From an uncultured PS1 clade bacterium (lineage in GTDB: Bacteria > Pseudomonadota > Alphaproteobacteria > MED-G09): a stretch of DNA of 64,000 nt. The stretch spans positions 79,158 to 143,157 of the forward strand of contig CACBCD010000001.1 in the NCBI GenBank assembly GCA_902537725.1. The letters run 5' to 3'. Positions 59,057 to 64,000 of the stretch are shown piece after piece (the stretch's first letter is position 1; each line of letters opens with the position of its first letter). Under the pieces are notes generated by a model, which had not been told where the DNA came from, did not search any database, and was given only the letters and a program-made list of their open reading frames with translations. Both the position numbers and the translations under genes were made by a program.

Positions 59057-59860
59057 ATGACTGATCAGAAAATTAATATTTCATTAAAAGAAACTGTAAA
59101 ATCTTTTTTTAAAAACGATGATGATTCTTACATTGATAATGCAAATCAGGCATTAAGATTTTTAGCCAAATACAGAAGTGCTCTTCTAGCGAATACTTTT
59201 AAAGAGGAATATGGAACAAAAATTTTAAGCGGACCTTTTAAAGGGATGGAATTTTTGGATGAGGTATCTGAGGGATGTTATCTTCCAAAATTACTAGGAA
59301 TTTATGAATCTGAAATTCATAATTATATTTCATTAATGGTAGAAAAAAAGCCTGATATTTTTATAAATATAGGATCTGCTGAGGGCTATTATTCTGTTGG
59401 CCTTAAAAGACTTCTCCCTGATACAGAGGTATTTGCTTTTGATTTAAATCCTGATGCTCAAAAAAAATGTAAAATCTTATCAGAAAAAAATTCTGTTAAT
59501 GTCTCAATTGAGGGAGAGTTTGATGTAGATTTTATAAAACAGTTCGATGGTAAAAGTATTTTTCTTATGTGTGACATTGAGGGTTTTGAGTCAGAATTAT
59601 TCAACGAAAATAATATTGGATTGTTAAAAGATTGTGATGTTTGTATGGAGCTTCACATGTATAATGGCATGCATAATATTGAAGTTATGCCAAAACTATT
59701 TGAGCAATATCATGATGTAGATATTATTTATCAAAGTGGTAAAAATTTCTCTGTTCCAGAGATTATTTATAAAATTTCACATTTGGATATTCTTCTTTCT
59801 GCATGGGAGTGGAGATCTTATCCAACCCCTTGGTTATTAGCGCATAAAAAATCCTATTAG
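59057..59860 (+). CDS. FkbM-like SAM-dependent methyltransferase (putative)
   Basis: 267 aa. INIGSAEGYYSVG ... VFAFDLNP ... CDIEGFESELF resembles FkbM-family motifs. Confidence 0.5.
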   Translation: MTDQKINISLKETVKSFFKNDDDSYIDNANQALRFLAKYRSALLANTFKEEYGTKILSGPFKGMEFLDEVSEGCYLPKLLGIYESEIHNYISLMVEKKPDIFINIGSAEGYYSVGLKRLLPDTEVFAFDLNPDAQKKCKILSEKNSVNVSIEGEFDVDFIKQFDGKSIFLMCDIEGFESELFNENNIGLLKDCDVCMELHMYNGMHNIEVMPKLFEQYHDVDIIYQSGKNFSVPEIIYKISHLDILLSAWEWRSYPTPWLLAHKKSY

Positions 59861-60038
59861 TCATAAATGAAGAGTCTATATTATTTACATTATGTATAGC
59901 GTTTATATAATGCCTTAGATTAAGTATTAATTTTTTTATCCTATTTAAAATTTATCAAGAAAAATAAAAAAATGATTCTTTTTAATTTAAAGTTTGAGAT
60001 TTTAAAAAAATCCCTATAAAAAGATAAAATAAAATTTA

Positions 60039-60068
60039 TTGTATCTTTTTTAGTTTGAATATTATAAT
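60039..60068 (+). promoter_or_regulatory. Candidate sigma70-type promoter for the repeat lipoprotein gene
   Basis: TTGTAT (60039-44), 18-nt spacer, TATAAT (60063-68). AT-rich context lowers specificity. Confidence 0.25.
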
Positions 60069-60142
60069 GACAGTAGTAATTTAGACTAAGAAATTGTCAC
60101 ATTCTGCTTTTTTAAAAAAGCATTAATATGGGAGTATTTATA

Positions 60143-62008
60143 ATGAGCGGACAAAATTTACTATCACCCAAAAATGTAAAAGATGAAAATCTTACTTTAG
60201 AAGATAAAAATCTAATCAAAATTTCTCGTAGTAAATTAGGATACTTCAGTGCAATTACACTTCCAATGATCCTTGCCGCTTGTGGAGGTGGAGGAGGTGG
60301 AAATTATGATGAACCTGTCAGTCCTACTCCAGACTCAGATTCCAGTGGTGCAGTACAAGGTGGTTCAGTAACTGCTGGAATTAGTGCTAATGCTGGTCGT
60401 TATACTGCAACTGCTGATGCAGACACTTATTTATATGATGTTACTTTTGCAGCAAGTGGGTCGGTTACTTCTGCTCAAGATGGTAATGTTATAATATCTG
60501 ATTTTGATGCAAGCAATGATGTGCTTGTTCTTAGAGGAACTGGTGCTCCCTCATCATTTACTTCTGGTGGATCATCAAATGTTGATGTCGCATCTGATAT
60601 TAATGGTGATACCATTGTTACTCTTGGCAGTGATAATGATGCAACCGGTACTATTACTTTAAAAGGTGTTTCTGATTCATCAACTGTTGTTATCAATACC
60701 GCTGATGAAGCTGCTGATGCCGGTTCGCCAGTTATAGATTTATCAAGCGGAAGCGTTGCAAGTTCATCTGCGGGTGAAATTTTTGAATTTTCTGTAAAGT
60801 TTTTAAATGGCGTTCCTGTTGCAATTGATGGAAATACTTCTATTACAAATTTTGACGCTGTAATTGATAGAATTGTAATTAAAACAGAAACTTTACCAGC
60901 CGGATATTCAAAAGAAGATCTTTTGTCAACATTAGGTGTTGATGTAACTACCGGGATTAATTCAACAAGAATTGATTTTGGAGTTAACGCAGATGGTAAT
61001 AGTGGTTCTATTGATATTGAGGGAGTTGCTGATGCAGACTTATCTTCAATAGATCTTACTTTTTCAATTTCATCTCCAGCAATTTCTGGTAGTCGTGTAG
61101 ACATTGACACTTCAAGTGTAACCGCGAGTGCAGATGCTGAAACTTTTGTCTACGATGCAACGTCAAGTGGATCAGATGTAGTGGGTGCTGATGGTAATGT
61201 TACAATTTCTGGTTTTGATTTATCTACAGATAAAATAATTATTCTTGGTTCTGGTATAGCCAATGGTTATGACTTAAGTAGATTTGAAGCAAATGCGTCG
61301 CATGATTATTCTATTGATGAGATTAATAACAAAACAGTTATTTATTTCGCTCCTGACGCAGATGGTAGTAGTTCAACTTTAACCCTGGATGGCGTTGTTG
61401 ATAAAGATAAAACTCTAAATATAGTTTTTGGTTCATCAATTGGAGATGAAGCTGCTCCAGCTCCAGCAGCTGAAGAAACTCCTGCTGAAGAAACAACAAC
61501 CACTACAACCGAGGAAACTACAACCGAAGAAACTACAACCGAGGAAACTACAACCGAGGAAACTACAACCGAGGAAACTACTACAGAAGAAACCACAACT
61601 GAAGAAACTCCAGCTGCATCATATACTGTTGTTAATATTTCAGCCTCAGAAGATACAACAGTTACCGCAACTTCTGCAGCAGAAGAATTTAGGTATGAAG
61701 TTTCTAGTTCAGGTGTATCAGAAGAAGGTGCATATACTGTAACTATCGATGGATTTGATGCTGCAACTGATAAATTAACACTTGTTATCGTTAATGGAAC
61801 ATCAAATTTAACGACTCAAGAGTTTGATCAGTTAACTAATGTTGAAGTAACCTCAGATGGTATTTCAGGAACACAAATATTATTTGCACCTGATAGTAAT
61901 GCACAAAGTGGTAAGCTAGTTTTACCAAATATTGAAGAGTCATTTGATACTGATTGGACTGCAACTACATATACAGTAGAAATTATCACTGACACGAATT
62001 TAACATAA
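60143..62008 (+). CDS. Surface lipoprotein with four ~110-130-aa internal repeats and an (EETTT)n linker
   Basis: Lipobox MILAAC followed by a Gly-run. Repeat cores DGNVIISDFDASNDVLVLRG, DGNTSITNFDAVIDRIVIK, DGNVTISGFDLSTDKIIILG, YTVTIDGFDAATDKLTLV. GGGAG SD favours ATG 60143 over 60128. Confidence 0.75.
   Translation: MSGQNLLSPKNVKDENLTLEDKNLIKISRSKLGYFSAITLPMILAACGGGGGGNYDEPVSPTPDSDSSGAVQGGSVTAGISANAGRYTATADADTYLYDVTFAASGSVTSAQDGNVIISDFDASNDVLVLRGTGAPSSFTSGGSSNVDVASDINGDTIVTLGSDNDATGTITLKGVSDSSTVVINTADEAADAGSPVIDLSSGSVASSSAGEIFEFSVKFLNGVPVAIDGNTSITNFDAVIDRIVIKTETLPAGYSKEDLLSTLGVDVTTGINSTRIDFGVNADGNSGSIDIEGVADADLSSIDLTFSISSPAISGSRVDIDTSSVTASADAETFVYDATSSGSDVVGADGNVTISGFDLSTDKIIILGSGIANGYDLSRFEANASHDYSIDEINNKTVIYFAPDADGSSSTLTLDGVVDKDKTLNIVFGSSIGDEAAPAPAAEETPAEETTTTTTEETTTEETTTEETTTEETTTEETTTEETTTEETPAASYTVVNISASEDTTVTATSAAEEFRYEVSSSGVSEEGAYTVTIDGFDAATDKLTLVIVNGTSNLTTQEFDQLTNVEVTSDGISGTQILFAPDSNAQSGKLVLPNIEESFDTDWTATTYTVEIITDTNLT
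61472..61615 (+). repeat. In-frame 15-nt tandem repeat array (gaRgaaactacaacc) encoding EETPA-(EETTT)n-EETPA
   Basis: Four units that are identical apart from a single A/G difference in unit 2 at 61511-61570, flanked by degenerate units. Confidence 0.9.
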
Positions 62009-62090
62009 GGAATTTTGAAATAATTTAATGAGGTTAATTTTTTTTTATCAATCGCCTTATTTAAGACATAATTAAAATTTAAAAAAAAGA

Positions 62091-62120
62091 TTGATAAAGT
62101 TTGTTACATTTGGTTACAAT
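62091..62120 (+). promoter_or_regulatory. Candidate sigma70-type promoter for the giant surface-protein gene
   Basis: TTGATA (62091-96), 18-nt spacer, TACAAT (62115-20). Would give a ~110-nt leader. Confidence 0.25.
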
Positions 62121-62238
62121 ATAAATTATTTTATATTGACGTTTTTGACGAAATGTAGGATTTTGTGATTCGTTAGCAGTTTTTTGCTATCGAAATTTTT
62201 GAATACAACGACTTGTTGTTATTTTAGGGAGAAAATAA

Positions 62239-64000
62239 ATGGCGACTATTAATCACAGTTCTGGTGCGGACATCATCGTACCTTCAGCTAATGGAACCAC
62301 GTACAGAGGTCTAGGTGGAGATGATACATATATATTATCAAATTCAATCGAAGCTAATGCAGCAATTACAATTGTTGATACAAGTGGTGCGAATAAAATT
62401 CAGTTAGTAAACGGTTTATCTGTTTCTTCAACTAAATTTGCAGCAGATGCTGTGCAATTAACATTAAGCAACGGTGCTGTTGTAACGATTAATGGTGCAA
62501 GTAATTTTACTTTTGATTTAGGTGGTAATGCAACTGCAGGAACAACTGGTTCAGTAAGCTCATTTGCAGCCTTTGCTGCTGGAGCTGGTGTTGCTTCACT
62601 TCCAACTTCTGGATCTGTAGCTGGTGCTTCTGATGTAACAGTTCAAGGCACGGCGTGGTCAAGTGGTGGTGGCGCTTCTTACTCTGTAACAAAATCTGCT
62701 ACTAGTGTAACAGAAGGTGATGCCGCCGTATTTACAATTACATCTAGTGTCGCTGTGACTACTGACACTTCTTTCTCCTGGACTGTAATTGGTGATGATA
62801 ATGGTGGTACTGTTGATAAAGCTGGAACAACTGATGTTGATCTTTTATCTGGTACAGCAACAATAGCCGCTGGCTCAACTTCAACAACCTTCTCTGTAAC
62901 CCCAACAACTGACTCAACCGTTGAGGGTATTGAAGGTATGAAAATTAGTGTTTTTGACTCTAATTCAAATTCAATTTCTAGCGATATAATTCTTATTAAT
63001 AATGATGGTTCATCAGCTACTACAGCTGCATTTACCCTTACAACCGGTGTTGATACATTTACAGGCAGAAGTGGTAATGACTCATTTGATGGAACTACAG
63101 CTGACAGTCTAAATGATTATGACGTTCTTGATGGTGGTGCTGGTGTTGACACATTAACTGTAAAAAGTGCGTCAGCAGCAGGTGGATTAACATTAATTCC
63201 TCAATTATCAAATATGGAAATTATCCAAGCTACTAATAGCATCACAGATGATACTATTGCTGATGATGATACATTAACCATCGCTCTTGCTGGTATTTCT
63301 GGTATTACCGCATTAGCTAATATAGCTGGTGGTGATGGTGTTACTTTTAATGACTTAGCAAACCCAGTTGATTTAACAGTTAAATCAGCTCCCAATAAAA
63401 CTACAGTCAATTATGCTGAGACAGCTCTAACAGGTGCTGCAGACTCAATGACGTTGACACTCTCTGGAACAAACTCAACTACTGTAGCTATTACAGATGA
63501 CAGTACTGCAACAACAAGTGCTCTTGAGAGTTTAACTATCAATAGTATTTCTGTTGCAAATACTCTTGCGGATCTTCAAATTGATGGTGTTTTAACTCCA
63601 ACATTAACTGTAACCGGTGGTTCAGCTTTAACAATTACTGCTGCCCTAGATTCTAATGTTGAAACAGTTGACGCATCTGCAAATACTGGTGGTCTAACAT
63701 TATCTACTGCTCCTGGTGCTACCAATGTTACAATTACAGGTAGTGCTGCTGCGGATACATTAACTGCTGTGGCTACTGGTATTAATACACTTTCAATGGG
63801 TGGTGGTAATGATACCGCTGACTTTGATGGAACATGGGCTGGTACTGATACATATGATGGTGGTGACGGTACAGATACTTTACGATTAGACGGTAACTAC
63901 ACAAACGCTGGTCTTTCATCAACCGTTTTTGGTGGCCTTAGTAATGTTGAAGTTGTTGCGATCGATACTGCGCATTCATTAACGCTTGAATCAAATATTT
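62239..64000 (+). CDS. Giant repetitive RsaA-like surface (S-layer/RTX-type) protein, N-terminal part (3' end outside window)
   Basis: AGGGAG SD 7 nt before ATG 62239. My translation shows no stop through 64000. MATINHSSGADIIV..., no signal peptide. N-terminal shared module. Calx-beta-like segment (YSVTKSATSVTEGDAAVFTITSS...STVEGIEGMKISVFD). Then Thr/Ala/Gly-rich TLTTGVDTFTGRSGNDSFDG / LDGGAGVDTLTV / GGGNDTADF repeats. Absent from the ORF track because it has no stop. Confidence 0.8.
   Translation, partial: MATINHSSGADIIVPSANGTTYRGLGGDDTYILSNSIEANAAITIVDTSGANKIQLVNGLSVSSTKFAADAVQLTLSNGAVVTINGASNFTFDLGGNATAGTTGSVSSFAAFAAGAGVASLPTSGSVAGASDVTVQGTAWSSGGGASYSVTKSATSVTEGDAAVFTITSSVAVTTDTSFSWTVIGDDNGGTVDKAGTTDVDLLSGTATIAAGSTSTTFSVTPTTDSTVEGIEGMKISVFDSNSNSISSDIILINNDGSSATTAAFTLTTGVDTFTGRSGNDSFDGTTADSLNDYDVLDGGAGVDTLTVKSASAAGGLTLIPQLSNMEIIQATNSITDDTIADDDTLTIALAGISGITALANIAGGDGVTFNDLANPVDLTVKSAPNKTTVNYAETALTGAADSMTLTLSGTNSTTVAITDDSTATTSALESLTINSISVANTLADLQIDGVLTPTLTVTGGSALTITAALDSNVETVDASANTGGLTLSTAPGATNVTITGSAAADTLTAVATGINTLSMGGGNDTADFDGTWAGTDTYDGGDGTDTLRLDGNYTNAGLSSTVFGGLSNVEVVAIDTAHSLTLESNI

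Noticed and set aside
60475-61110. 211-aa minus-strand ORF inside the lipoprotein gene. Also 61342-61596 (-) and 61428-61742 (+).
   Set aside because: Antisense or off-frame shadows of a Thr/Ala/Gly-rich, repeat-containing coding region with few stop codons in other frames. No SD and low-complexity products (VVSS or KLQP repeats). The + frame at 60143-62008 has a lipobox and domain repeats.
61472-61615. Could the 15-nt tandem array be a CRISPR or other non-coding repeat locus?
   Set aside because: Units are contiguous without spacers, in frame, and encode EETTT within a long ORF. No cas genes are present.
62009-62050. Terminator after the lipoprotein gene (ttaatgaggttaa followed by a T-run).
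   Set aside because: The stem is only 4-5 A/T base pairs, too weak to call.
26044-62219. Recurring TACAAC/GTTGTA hexamers in inverted pairs upstream of nrdA (26044-26059), gltB (57151-57168) and the giant gene (62204-62219), considered as a common regulator motif.
   Set aside because: Arm orientation and spacer length differ (2, 2 and 5 nt, head-to-head vs tail-to-tail), and the 5-6-mers are short for an AT-rich genome. Only the gltB palindrome is kept as a finding.

Overview
Visibly AT-rich (roughly 30% G+C by eye, not computed), very gene-dense 64-kb chromosomal segment. It looks like a streamlined marine proteobacterium. The Csp sequences are of the alphaproteobacterial type and the overall style is SAR11/HIMB59-like, but taxonomy is inference only. 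I support about 50 CDS, one tRNA-Arg(UCG), one gene remnant, a few intrinsic terminators and one riboswitch-like leader. I see no rRNA, CRISPR, transposase, integrase or phage genes. All product calls come from motif recognition in the supplied translations; no database search was possible.

Housekeeping genes: nrdAB, gltBD, pgi, msrA, kpsF-ugd, two csp genes.

Organosulfur/methionine genes: a TauD-family dioxygenase, cystathionine beta-synthase plus gamma-lyase, and metY behind a SAM-II/SAM-V-like leader.

Acyl-CoA, ketone and ester catabolism is unusually dense: four crotonase-fold genes, a FadB-like enzyme, a thiolase, a MaoC hydratase, a BVMO, acetoacetyl-CoA synthetase, several esterases and a haloalkane dehalogenase.

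Other content: a TonB-dependent receptor and a MoxR/VWA pair.

Most interesting observation: an ~80-160 aa module occurs in three proteins that all lack a signal peptide.
- It forms the C-terminus of a metzincin protease (237-2012).
- It forms the C-terminus of an FG-GAP/RTX propeller protein (2037-4919).
- It forms the N-terminus of a giant RsaA-like repetitive surface protein that runs off the window end (62239->64000).
This mirrors the Caulobacter RsaA S-layer / Sap editing-protease relationship and suggests an undescribed surface-layer system, together with a four-repeat lipoprotein (60143-62008).

Second candidate: a tight five-gene minus-strand operon at 33615-38161 (PhnZ/MIOX-like HD-domain protein, MFS transporter, crotonase, haloalkane dehalogenase, alpha/beta hydrolase) with no pathway I can name.
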